Assembly: GCF_000372725.1 (NCBI RefSeq)
Contig: NW_005201176.1
Coordinates: 222,038-286,037 of the forward strand
Origin: Emiliania huxleyi CCMP1516
Taxonomy: Eukaryota
Length of the DNA stretch: 64,000 nucleotides
Reading direction: 5' to 3'
In this document: positions 10,492-21,981 of the stretch, one piece after another
Numbering within the stretch: the stretch's first letter is position 1
Layout: each line of letters begins with the position of its first letter
Notes under the pieces: model-generated
Told to the model about the DNA's origin: nothing
Seen by the model: the letters and a program-made list of their open reading frames with translations, nothing else
Databases searched by the model: none
Translations under genes and position numbers: made by a program

Positions 10492-12696
10492 ATGGCCGAT
10501 CGCACGCAGCCATTGGTGCTGCACCACAAGAACCCGGTGCCGTCCTACGTGCCCAACACGTGGCGGTGCTCGATGCTGCACAATGCGTGCCTCACGCTGT
10601 CCACGCCGCAGCCGGCGTGCTCCGCTCGATGCCGCAAGCGACCGTGGCGGCTGGACGTGTACGGGCCGAACGCGTCATCGCAGGTGCGCCAAGTCCTCGC
10701 CGAGCGCCGCTTCATGCGTGATCCCATCGAAAGCTTTAAGTTGCGCCCCCTCCAGCGCGACGTCCACAACATGAGCGCCGGAGCGGTGCCGCCGTCACCC
10801 ATACTGCGTGGCGAGGCCGGAGGCCTCACGATGATCTGGCCCGTTTTTGAGCCTTCTTACGGCGACTTTTGGCGCGACACGATGCTGCCGCTCGGGCACC
10901 TGCTCTCGTTGGGACGGCTGCCGCACCGACTCGGCTTTTCGGGGCTGCCGACCGGCTCGGGCGCGCTGGCGAGGACTAATGCGGTGGAGGGGCTCGAGCG
11001 GATACGCAGCGTGTGCACCTTTGAGCGGACGTCGCCTCGCACATTGCGGTGCGAGGACGCGTGCTACGAGAGCGTGCGGCTGTGCGAGATCCTCCCGCAC
11101 AGCTCGTTGCGCGGAAGTGCCGCGTGGCTCGCCATGGCGTCTCTCGACGCCGCGCTCGGCTTCGAGGTGCCGCAGCTCAAAACGAGCGCCGTCTCGGCCG
11201 AGCCGGGCGTGCTGCGTGTGCTGCTCGCGGCACGGTTCCCCTAGATGCTGAATGCTGATCCCTGCACTCAAAACTGGCACTCTGCATACGCTGCACGATA
11301 CAGTGGCAGATCCCTGCACTCAAACTGGCACTCTGCATACGCTGCACGATACAGTGTTCCCACTTTCCTCAGCTAGTACTAGGCACGGTACGCGCGCCGG
11401 TTCATCCTCAACCTGAACGAGGTGGTGGCTGCGTGCGACGGCTTGCTCCTTGGCGGTTGGACGCTGCGATGCGAGGCGCACGCCCTCGCAGGAATGTCGC
11501 TGCACGCCGTGGTCGCCAAGATGCGGCAGACGGACGTCTTTGTCTCGATGCACGGCGGCGATTGCATCAACGCGCTGCACATGCGCCCCGGCCGCGCAGT
11601 GATCGAGCTGGTCAACCATGGGTTTGAGAAGGCGCCGTGGGTGTGGCTGGACCAGTACATGCGGCTCGTCAAGAGAACTTTTCGCGTGCGGCGCATCGTG
11701 CTGCCGTCCACTTCGGGCCAACGAGCTTCGGGCAGCAACCAGACGCAGAACTGGAAGCAGATGCAAAAGAATTTCGCAGACGCGTGGAACGCCAACGGCA
11801 CTCTGCCATGGCCTCGCTTGCGCGACGAGCTCCATGCCATCGTCCACGAGCGCCCTCTCACACGGGCGGCGGGAGGGCAGCCGAAGCAGCCGCCGCCGCA
11901 GCGGCAGCAGCCGCCACCGCAGCGGCAGCAGCCGCAGCCACCGCAGCAGCAGCGGAGGCGGCACATGACACGGCTCGAACACAAGGGAGTGGACGAACCA
12001 CCACCCAAGTACGGCACGTTGGTGGTGCTGGTGCCGTACTTTGGAGCCCCGCCGCCGTGGCTGCCGATTGCGCTCGCGTCGATGGGCGGTCCCAACGCCG
12101 AGTTGGTCCGGTTCTTCATCGTGGGTGATGCGTCGGTTCCACCGGACGTCTCGGTGCCGTCGAACGTGCGCTTTGTGCCGGCGGAATGGGACGAGGTGCG
12201 CAGGCGGGTGCGCGAGAAGCTGGGCGTGGACATGCCGTACGACTCGCCGAGCTACCAGTGCAAGGGTTGCGTGATGTACAGCTCAGACCGCGCGGCTGCT
12301 AATGCGAGCGTTCTGGCGGCCGAGGCGAAGGCGAGGGTGGCCGGGAGTTTGCTCCACCACAGCAACAAGGTGACGGACCTCAAGCCCTTCATGGCGGCTC
12401 TGTGGCCCGAGTTGCTATGCGCCTGTAACTCTGACGCCGTGCAGCTCATTCTTCCTAGCGCGGCCCGCATAGCCTCCTCCAAGAGCGGGCCCGGGAGTGC
12501 TCTGCGTAGGCCGGCCGTCGCTCCCAGGTCGACTTTCCCGTCAGCGCCCAGTCGAAGGAGCAGCGTCGCCCTCCTATCCCCGGGGCTCGGCGCGTCCTCA
12601 TCCTCCTGGAGCAGCCTCTGCGCCTTGACCGCCTCTACCCGCTCGCCAATCTGCTTGTACGGGTCACCGAACAGCGGCCTCCCGCCTCCTGTATAA
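10492..12696 (+). CDS. Glycosyltransferase: GT61 (DUF563)-like domain followed by a truncated DUF6625-like domain; GC-AG intron 11230-11382
   Basis: RRFILNLNEVV...QTDVFVSMHGGDCINALHMRPGRAVIEL (GT61 HGA-N motif); VLVPYFGAPPPWLPIALASM...KVTDLKPFMAALWPELL (DUF6625-like). Splicing joins ORFs 10492 and 11422 in frame. Similarity stops near 12415. Confidence 0.7.
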
Positions 12697-13051
12697 TAGT
12701 AGGTCGCCATCTCCTGCGGTTCCATTGCCCCGTAGAAGTCGAGCTCCCTACTCCGCCCATGTTGAGCGTAGTGCCCCGCCAGCAGGTCGCACCCGTGATT
12801 CAGCCTCGCCAGCAGCCCCGTCGCACTTGGAGCACTTGGAGTGCAGTCGGCAACCTCACATCCAGGGCCGGTGAGCTGAGAAGCGCATCCAGCGGGCCGG
12901 ATGATCGGGATCGGGCTACGGGCTGTCGCAGGAAAAATTCTTTTGCTGGCGGTTGTCTTTTGCGTGCCGGCGACGATCGTTGCCCTGCCGTGCCGTCGCG
13001 GCGAAGGTCGCGGGGAAGGGTTGCGGCCGAAGGAGCGCCTCGAAAACATAT

Positions 13052-15649
13052 ATGATATCTCCGCTCGTCCTCGCCGCGAGCGCGAGCGGAGTGCTGATCT
13101 TCGCCCAACGCCCTCTGTCCGTGCTCTCCTTTACCGGCCCCGACCGGCACCGCTTCCTGCACGGGCTGTGCACCGCCGACGTCAACGCGCTGCGCGGAGC
13201 GGGCGTCGCGGAGTCGGCAGTGGTGGACGCCGCCGGCAACACGCAGGACTTACTCACCGTCTTGGATGGCGGCGGCGACGAGCTGCTTGCGCTTGGCGAG
13301 CCGGGCCGCGGGTCGGAGCTGCACGCCTTTTTCGACCGCTACCTCTTCCCGGCGGACGCCGTGAGCGTTGCCGAGGCGTCCGGCGAGTACTCGTGCTACG
13401 AGGTGGTCGGGGAGGCGGCTGGCTCGCTCCTGGCAGACGCGCTCGGCAGCGAGTTGCCGCACCCGCTGCCGGCAAACGGCGAGGTGCGCCGCCTTGACGG
13501 CTCTGCCGCGTGGCTGCTCGGCAGCGGCGCGCTGGCTGCAGCTGCGCCCGCCGCAGCGCAGGAGGGAGAGCGAAGCTTCTCCGTCCTGCTCAAGGACGAG
13601 CCGCGGCTGGCGGGGTGCCCTGCTTATGCACGTTTGCACAGCACACCTCCCCGTCACTACTTTGCGGTGCCGCCCTTCCCCTCACCGCCCTTGGGCAAGA
13701 CAGCCGGACCAAAGCTCAGCCATGCGTGTTCTTCAGGTCGCTCGCGGCGGCGGCGCGCCACCTCGACGCCTCCACTCCTCCGTGGGAGGCGCATATCTCC
13801 CCACATCTCCCCATATCTCCCATCTCCCCAGATCTCGCCACAGCCTCCAGTCCGTCCCACGGCACTCGTTCCTTCGCTCTCCCTCTCCTCCCCCTTTGCC
13901 CGCCCTCCCTCTACCCTCCCCCTCCCCCCCCCCCCCCCCCCTCCTCCCCGCTGCGCGTGGAGGGAGATATGGGGAGATATCCCGCTTCTAGGCCTCGAGG
14001 TATGGGGGCGTAGAGGGAGATACGGGCAGAGAGTCCGCTTCTAGGGAACCCGTCGGCTCGTGCGGTAGGGACGGTCCCGGTGTCTGCAGTCTTCTGCGAA
14101 CCTTCTCGGAACCTTCCCGCAGGCGCTGCGCGTGCGGCGGGGCCTGCCTCGCCGTGGCGCGGAGTTTGCTGCCGCCGGGGCCGCGCTGAAGGTGCCTCCC
14201 CTGTGGCTTGGGCGGTGGGAGGCGGTCGCAGTTGACAAGGGCTGCTATCTCGGCAATGAGGTCCGGGCAGATCCCTGCCCCCGGGGGGGTGTGTGTGTTC
14301 CTCTCTTGTGAACTTAGACCTCTCGCTCATCTCCGTACGCCACGGCGGGGGCTCCGTCCTCTCTTTCCGTCGACGTACTGCCTCCTCCCCCCACATCATT
14401 GAGAGGCGGAGCTCCATTTGAGTTCCCATCTCTCGGTGTCTATCCCTCAGGTCCTCGTCCGCCTGTCGCGCGCCAAGCGGCAGAGGCTCGAGTTGTACGG
14501 CGTCGCGCTGAGCTGCGCGCCGGCCGAGGCGTCGCGCCACGGGGCCTCCCTTGAAACACGCACGGCTAGCCATTCCTGTGTGAAGGGGCGAGGGGGGGGG
14601 AGGGGGGGGGGAGCATCCCACGCGAGAGCAAAGGGGGTGCCGCCGTCCTCCTCGCCCGTCAGAACTGACGTGACCACGCCCGCCACGCCCGCCTCCCCGC
14701 CCGCCTCTCCTTCGCCCGCCGCGCCCGCCCCTGCACCCCACACCGGTACCCCGGTGCGTGGACAAGGCGCTACATGCGCACGTCCCTGCGCGTCACCTCA
14801 GGCGGAAGGTTCCGAGAAGGTTCCGAGAGGAGCTTCCCTCACCTCAGGTGCCTGCAGCGGGGGCGGAGGTGAGGCTCACGACAACCGCAGAGGCGGGCGG
14901 AGGCGCAGGGGAGGCGGGCGCAGAGGCGGGCGCAGAGGCGGGCGCAGAGGCAGCTGCAGAGGCGGCTGCAGAGGCGGCTGCAGAGGCGGGCGCGGCGGGC
15001 GGAGGAGAGGCGGGCGGGGAGGCGGGCGTGGCGGGCGTGGTCACGTCCGTTCTGACGGGCGAGGAGGACGGCGGCACCCCCTTTGCTCTCGCGCTGCTCT
15101 CGCCACGTGCGGCGTCCGTCGGCAAGCGAGTGGTCGCGGGCGGTGCGCCTCACACAAAAACACAACCCCGGGACCAAAGACGCACAAGCACAGACAGTCG
15201 AGAAAGGGAGAGACCGCAACGACAGTCAGAAGGCAGCGCTGGGCCCCAGGAAGGCGAATGCGAGGACGGCCTCTAGCGTGAGCTCTAGCTAGTGAGCTCA
15301 TCGCTACTATACGGTGCGCCTCACAGCTGTTTCGGGGGGCCTCACACGCCCTCCCTCACACGCCCTCCCTCACACGCCCTCCCTCACACGCCCTCCCTCA
15401 CACGCCCTCCCTCACACGCCCTCCTCCACACCGCTCCTTCCAGGAATCGCCGGCGTCGTTACTGAGCTACCGTGTGCCAGCCGCGCGCGGGGGGGCGAAG
15501 GCGGCGCGGGCCCGGGAGGCGAGGCGGGGAGGGAGGAGGCGGAGCCAGACGCGGAGGCGCGCGCGGCGGCAAAGGCGGCTGAGGCGGAGCGGAAGGCGAA
15601 GAAGCTGGCCGCGATGGCGGCTAAGATGAAGGCGCTCGGACTGGCGTGA
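13052..15649 (+). CDS. ygfZ: YgfZ/Iba57-family folate-binding Fe-S cluster assembly protein, multi-exon
   Basis: LSFTGPDRHRFLHGLCTADV N-terminus and signature DKGCYLGNE|V at ~14234-14260; GVVTSV near the C-terminus. Internal exon boundaries approximate. Confidence 0.8.
15151..15276 (+). mobile_element. Short intronic element family S2, copy 1
   Basis: CACACAAAAACACAACC...GGACGGCCTCTAG, similar to 19986-20109; CGGTGCGCCTCACA duplicated at 15141-15154 and 15312-15325. Confidence 0.75.
15339..15425. repeat. 14-bp tandem repeat (ACACGCCCTCCCTC)n in an intron
   Basis: Directly visible. Confidence 0.9.
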
Positions 15650-16721
15650 CGGACGTGACTGGCGTGCTGGACGCATGGCGTGCACGTTCATCTGTTGGCC
15701 GATGCGCCGCCCGAAAGGCCGTGCCGCAGCTGTCCCTGTCGGCTGTCGCCCGTCACGATGTGTGACGAGACACGGCGCGAGACGATGGGAGGCCGCCGGG
15801 ACCGAGCTCTGGCGCGCTGCTGGCGTGTGGCGGATCGCGCGTTGAACGCCCCCCGTGCGGCGCCCGCGGCGCGTTCTTTTCAATACAGCCAATAAATCAG
15901 CTACTGGTCAACCCTCCCCTGCGCAACAGGCTAACCTACGCACGTAACGGCCGTCAACAGTACACCGCGCGCAGCGACATGCATGGAAGTACAAGTGTAG
16001 AAACTAAGAAAAACGGGCGCGCGCGCGCGGTGACGATCGATGGGTATACACGCCGAAACGCAGACGAGGAGTAAGGATCTCACGCCGCGGCGGGGACGGG
16101 GCGCCCCCGGCAAAGGCATGCACAGTCAACATGTACAAGTGGGTCATGCAGTCGGCCGCCAGAAAGTGTACAATGGGTCAAGCGCAACGCGAGACGCCAG
16201 AGGTGTGGAACGGAGAGAAGGATGTCGGCCGGCGGCCTGTCAGCACGACCATGCGTTCTCATCGCTGCCCTCGGCGATCGCAGACGACATGAGCGGGTAC
16301 GCCAGTCGCACGAGCTTCCTCGACGGCGTTCGCTGCTTCATGCCGAGCGGGCCGATCCTCCGTTGCGCGGCGTTGCTGCGGTGGAGCTGGAAGAGCTTCC
16401 ACGTGTTGCTGACGAACGCCGCGGTCGCGAAGAAGGTCCCCACACCCAACGCAAGCAGCCCCGCCTTGCCGCCTGCCGGCGGCTGCAGCGAGTAGGTGAC
16501 CATGCCTCTCAGGGAGGTCCTGGAGGAGGGGCCGGAGATGGCCGAGGTTGTAAATGCGCGCGCTTTTGGATTTTTCAAAGGCGGCGTGCGGCGCAACAAC
16601 AAAGGCGCAAAGCCCCTCTTCGGTCGCCTAGCCCCAGCGCCGTCTGTCGGACGCCTGCGATAGCTTGCCCCGAAGACGGCGACACATTGCCGGGAGCACT
16701 GGGGCTGAACCTTCTTTTGTA

Positions 16722-18900
16722 CTAGGCTAGGATTGAGAGCAGCCTCGCTCTCAATCCTAGAAGTCGAACGAAGGATTGTGAGCAGCACTCCTTGCAATCG
16801 TAGCATCTCTGTGCGATTGTGAGCGCCCACGCTCGCAATCCTACATCTTCTAGGACTAATGATAAGAGCAGCTCCGCTCCCAAGATGACTGGTGACGCCT
16901 AGTTGGCAGTCCGCCATCGTGGTATCTCCGTAAGTAAGACTAAGAGCACATACCTTGAAAAATCAGTCGAAAGTACGCCGCGCGCGCGTCATCCCAGACG
17001 CCCTCCCCGTCGGCGTAGCCCGCCTCCCAGATGGCGAGCACGGGGTTGTGCTTGAGCTTGCGCAAGTGGGCGCTCTCTTTCTTCGGGTCGAAGCCCACCA
17101 CGTAGAGCCGGCTCCCGAGGCGTACGCGTGAGGCGAGCGTGTAGACATCGGTCAGGCTGAGGTGCGGCATCAAGCCGTCACGCGGGCCGATGCTCAGGAT
17201 GATGTAGTCGAGCGTCTTGCCCTGGACCTTGTAGTCGGTGACGGCAAAGGCGAGGTCGATTTCGTGCCGCTTGACATTTAGCTTGGGCGGCACTGACGCC
17301 TCCGCCGCCCACACGCTCGACGGTCGGTACTCGCTCGGTCGGTCGCTGAGCATTGTCGGCACGACCAGCTCGGCCGTGGCGGGGCCTTCTCCGTACGCAG
17401 CGCCTCCTCGAGACCCTCGAGCTCGGTCTGGATGTCCGCGAGGAGCGATTGCGGCGCGGGCGTGACCTCTGGGTTGCCCATCGCCTCGTTGAGCGCCGCG
17501 CGCACTGCGAGGTGGTTGTACACCACCCAAGGTCGCACGGCGACCACGTTTCGGCCGCGCAGCCACTTCATCAAGTTGTCACGGTTGCCGTCGGGGCCGA
17601 CAAAGGCCACGCGAAAGTCGGTGCCCTTGAGCCACGCCACGCGGTCGCGAAGCGCCTCCCTCGCGCTGCTGGCGAGCGCCTTGGCCGCCTCCTTTGGGCC
17701 GTCGTGAGGGAAGTAGATCACGTCGCCTTTGAGCGCGCCGGGGCGCTCGGCACCGTAGTGCGTCGTCACCTTGGCGACCACATGGTAGAGCCGCACATCC
17801 GAGACCAGCATGCGCTCGACCTCGGAGAGCGGCGTGAGCTCGCGCACGCGAGCCAGCGACCCGTAGTCGATGCCAGCGGCCAAGGAGAGCTTGGGTGCCT
17901 TGGGCTCCTTGTTTCGTGCGTCGGCTTGGTCACCACACCATTGACACAGCATCGCGCACGGCACCATCACGCCATGCTCATTTGCGCGGCGGTCGACGAG
18001 TTCGGGGTGCAGGTGGTAGAGCGTGCCGTCGTCCGACTCCCAGCAGCTGATGACGCGCGAGATGTCGGTGTCGCGGAATTCGTGCGTACCGTCGCCGTTG
18101 GGACGGTCGTTGCTCGCGCCGTTGGGAAACGCAAGGCGCACCTTTTTGTTTTGAAGACCTCGATACTTAGCGCACTGCTCGGGCGAGAGCTCAAACACGT
18201 GCCGCGTCTCGTCTTCGCCGCCGGCTACGCGCACAGACACAGTGCGCGGCAGCGCCGACACGTCAACCCGCGTGTACGTCAGCGACGGGTCCCGCACGCC
18301 GCACGAGGCGCATGCGTGCAGCGGCAGCGCGTGCGCCATGCGCTCGTCGCTCCACTCGCCCAGCAGCCGCCGCTTCGTCTCGTCGGAGACGTGCACGCAG
18401 CGCTGCAGCAGCGCCGCCGTCTCGTCCTCGGGCCGCTCCAGGTCCATGACGACGTTCGTCGAGGCGTGGAAGCGCGTCTCCAGGTCGATGGCCGCCTGCT
18501 CGGCCGCGGCGAGCTTGCCCTGGTCGACGCACATGCCGCACACCGCGTGCGCCGGGCAGCCGCACTGGCCGCGTTGTGGGCGCACGGTCTTGGCGACCGC
18601 CGGCGCTGCGCGCCGGTCGTGCTGCTCACGCTGCCGGCGGCGCTGGTCGCGCGCCTGCCGATCGCGCGTGTTCGCGGCGGCTGCATCTCTTGCTCGTTTC
18701 GCTCGCACCCGAGCGGCTGTCGCCAGGCGCTTCAGGTCGGCGGTGCTGCGCGCGCGGCCGTCGGCCAGGCACAGCCACATGTCCTCCTCCTTAGCAGGCT
18801 CGCACGGCTTGCCGTCGAACTGCGGCTGGCGCCCGCGACGATGCTTCGCCCAGGCCGGGCACGATGGTGCCGCGACGAGCGGCGTCGAGGCGACGGCCAT
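16722..18900 (-). mobile_element. Internally deleted Helitron (Rep-helicase) remnant
   Basis: ORF 17278-18900 has a DUF6570-like segment (PKLSLAAGIDYG...LTPLSEVERMLVS...LKGDVIYFPHD). ORF 16940-17390 has Pif1 helicase motifs V/VI (LAFAVTDYKVQGKTLD...VYTLASRV). A perfect 14-bp hairpin (16727-16760) lies next to CTAG|T on the minus strand. Confidence 0.75.
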
Positions 18901-19169
18901 CGATGGGTCCAGAAGACTTGGAGACACTTCTACCAAAAAATCGAGCACAATTGCGTTACATGGGCATGGCCGGGGTTTCTGCACCGAACGATCTTACTTT
19001 CGGTCTATCGAAAGTGTTGATCGATAAAATGAACTGTGTGAGCTCTGTGTCTTATTAAAAGCTCACCGACACTAACCGTCCTGCCGAGGCCCCAACCCTG
19101 GTGGCGTGTCGGGCTGCGAACGCTCAACCAGCATCGGCGGGTCGCCGCCTTGCCCTTCCGAGGACTCCG

Positions 19170-20880
19170 ATGGTGTCTGTCCTGCTGCAGCGCCTCAGCT
19201 ATACGCCGCCGCCGTGGGCGTCGGCGCTCGCGGCGCCTACGCACGGCCGCATAAAGCTCGGCCACCTCCCGACTCCGCTGATGCGGTGGGCGTGCGGCGC
19301 ACTCTCGGAGCTGGGTGTGCGGTGGAGCATCAAGCGGGACGACCTCTCCGGCAACGAGCTCTCCGGCAACAAGGTGCGCAAGCTCGAGTTCCTGATGGCC
19401 GAGGCGGTCGCCGGCGGCCACGACTGCGTCGTCACGATTGGCGGCGTGCAGTCGAACCACTGCCGAGCGACGGCGGCAGCAGCGCGGCTGGTGGGGATCG
19501 ACGCGCACCTCATCCTGCTCGTCCGCGACAAGAGCTTTGGCGACGAGCCGGGGCTGCAGGGCAACCTGCTGCTGGACCGGTTGCTCGGCGCGACGCTGCA
19601 CCTCTGCTCCGGTAGCGACTACCTGCGGCAGGGCGGTGACCTGGCAGCGATGAACCGGATCAACGAGCAGGTAGCGGCGGAGCTGCGGAGGCAGGGGCGC
19701 GTGCCGTACATCGTCCCGGTCGGAGGAACAACGCCCCTCGGCACCTGGGGCTACTTGAGCGCGGTGGAGGAGCTGAGGCAGCAGCTGCAGCCGGAGGAGG
19801 GGGCGGCGGCGGCGGCGGGAGGGGGGGCGGCGGCGGAGGAGGCGGCGGCGGCGGCGGAAGAGGCGGCGACTTTCGACCCGATCGACCACATCGTGTTCGC
19901 GGTCGGCTCGGGAGGCACGGCGGCCGGACTCGCGCTGGGCAGCCACCTGGCGGGGCTGCGGCCGCAGCTGCACGGTGTCGCGGCTCACACAAAAACACAA
20001 CCACGGAGCCAAGACGCACAAGCTCAGACAGTCGAGAAGGGAGAGGCAGCAACGACAGTCAGAAGTCAGCGATGGGTCCCAGGAAGGCGAATGCGAGGAC
20101 GGCCTCTAGTCGCGGCTCACCACTCGCCAGAGCATAGACACTTCCTAGACACTTCCTAGACACTTCCTCTCCGGCCTCCTCTACCAGGTGTCGCGACTCA
20201 CCACTCGCCAGAGCATAGACACTTCCTAGACACTTCCTAGACACTTCCTCTCCGGCCTCCTCTACCAGGTGTCGCGGTCCACCACTCGCCAGAGCATAGA
20301 CACTTCCTAGACACTTCGTAGACACTTCCTCTCCGGCCTCCTCTACCAGGTGTCGCGGTCCACCACTCGCCAGAGCACTTTTACGACCTCGTCGACGCGG
20401 AGGTGTCCGAGCTGAGCGGCGGCAGCTTCGAGGCGTGCGCGCGCGAGATGCTGGCGATCTACCCGGGCGCGGGGGCGGGATACGGTGTGGCGACGCCCGA
20501 GCTGATGGCCTTTTGTGCAGAGACGGCGCGGCAGTCGGGCGTGCTGCTCGATCACACCTACTCGGGCAAGGCGCTCTACTACTTTGCGCAGGCCGCGCGC
20601 GCGCAGCCCGAGCGCTTCCGCGGCAAGCACATCCTCTTTTGGCACACGGGAGGCGCGCGGGCGCCCCAGAAGCGGAATGCGAAGTCTTGCCTTACCCGCC
20701 GCGCATACCCGCCGCCCTCTGCGCGCACCCCGCGCGCACCCCGCGCGCACCCCACCCGCCCCCCCACCCGACCGGCCGGGTGGGCGGCACGCGGACCTCA
20801 TCTCTTGCCCTTCCCACTCGCGCTCGAGAGGACACCTACTCCGCTGTAGTCGACTGTGTTCCGCTGTGTTCACTGCATTC

Positions 20881-20946
<66 letters not shown>

Positions 20947-21130
20947 CCTCCCTCTCTCTCTCTTCGTATATCCCGTGTATTCACGCGGTGCTCGAAATAC
21001 ACTGCACACCGCATTCCCGCCCTGGTGTTGGTGGATTCACCGCGTAGGTGCGCTGGCCCTCTTTGCCAAGACGGACGAGCTGCTGTCCCATCTGCCACCC
21101 GGCCAGGTGCGGCGCCTCAAGCTGCCGTGA
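19170..21130 (+). CDS. DCD: D-cysteine desulfhydrase / ACC deaminase-family PLP enzyme; exons 19170-19974, 20350-20650, 21049-21130
   Basis: IKRDDLSGNELSGNKVRKLEFL, GGVQSNHCRATA, AVGSGGTAAGL, LDHTYSGKA, LFWHTGG; GT-AG and GC-AG introns restore the frame. Confidence 0.92.
19986..20109 (+). mobile_element. Short intronic element family S2, copy 2
   Basis: Similar to 15151-15276; GTCGCGGCTCAC duplicated at 19977-19988 and 20109-20120. Confidence 0.75.
20109..20349. repeat. Three tandem ~81-bp units, each an exon-start copy + (AGACACTTCCT)n + acceptor
   Basis: Unit GTCGCG...CACTCGCCAGAGCATAGACACTTCC...CTCTACCAG repeated three times. Confidence 0.9.
20884..20962. repeat. (CT)n microsatellite in an intron
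   Basis: Directly visible. Confidence 0.95.
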
Positions 21131-21582
21131 TGGTGGGCAATATATTGTAGCCCAAGGACCACTGGCGCAACTTGAGAGACCTCCAGAGAGCAGAGGTGTT
21201 ATTGTGAGTACGTGCGGGCCACTGCGGGTCGACAGCAGACGAACGGTAACCCTGTTGTGACCCTTTCAAACGTGTACACCTCTACACGGCTCTAACACCC
21301 CATCTTGGTTGGCTCGCTTTTCACACGCATGTCACCGCCGTGAGCGTGACGGGGTTCGCGAGACGCGACGCGCGAACAGAAAGACGGATTCTTTTCCGCC
21401 ATGGAGGTGTTTCGATTTCACTTTCACTTTCACTTTCACTTCACATTTCATGTGAAACGAAATTTCACTTTTCCGAGCGAGTGTGTGAAAAAAAACTCTG
21501 ACATTTTACGAACTCCTTGGCGACGTGCGCGTCGCGTCGCCAAGGCTCTGCGACCTCGGTCGTACAATCAGCGACCTCGGTC

Positions 21583-21937
21583 GAGGGCCCCGCTCTTTCC
21601 CTCGCATAGCGGCCACTCTTCGGATCGCTGGTCGAGCGACCCGGGGGATGCCCCGCGCGCCTGACCCAGGCGCGAAAAACGAATCTGCGAGGCGAGGCCG
21701 CTCACGCGGCCCGATGGGGAGGAACGGGGCGAGCCCCCTCCAACCCACCCGCGCTAGGTCTCGGGTTTGACGCATGGGGTCACTCCCGCGAAACTCGTGA
21801 ACTAGCCGGGGCAGTCGGAGAAGTGGCAACTCCGTGCACTGACGGTCGGCCGCCAGAAAACACGCCTCCGTGGCTCGGGTTACACCAATCCTCGCTACCC
21901 AACGCGGCCAAAGGATATCCACCTCGAGACCTCGAGA
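21583..21937 (+). mobile_element. Repeat family R1, 5'-truncated copy
   Basis: Reverse complement of ~5440-5838 with an internal deletion; ends CCACCTCGAGACCTCGAGA. Confidence 0.8.
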
Positions 21938-21981
21938 AACCGCGCGGAAAACGCGCGCCCCGGGTTCGCGTTGGCTTCTGC

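Noticed and set aside
16240..16917. 225-aa minus-strand ORF
   Set aside because: Its 5' half overlaps the hairpin array; a short TM-containing ORF from ~16503 is possible but unsupported.
20109..20349. Repeat-spacer-like array (CRISPR-like)
   Set aside because: Units are near-identical tandem copies with no unique spacers, there are no cas genes, and the context is a eukaryotic intron.
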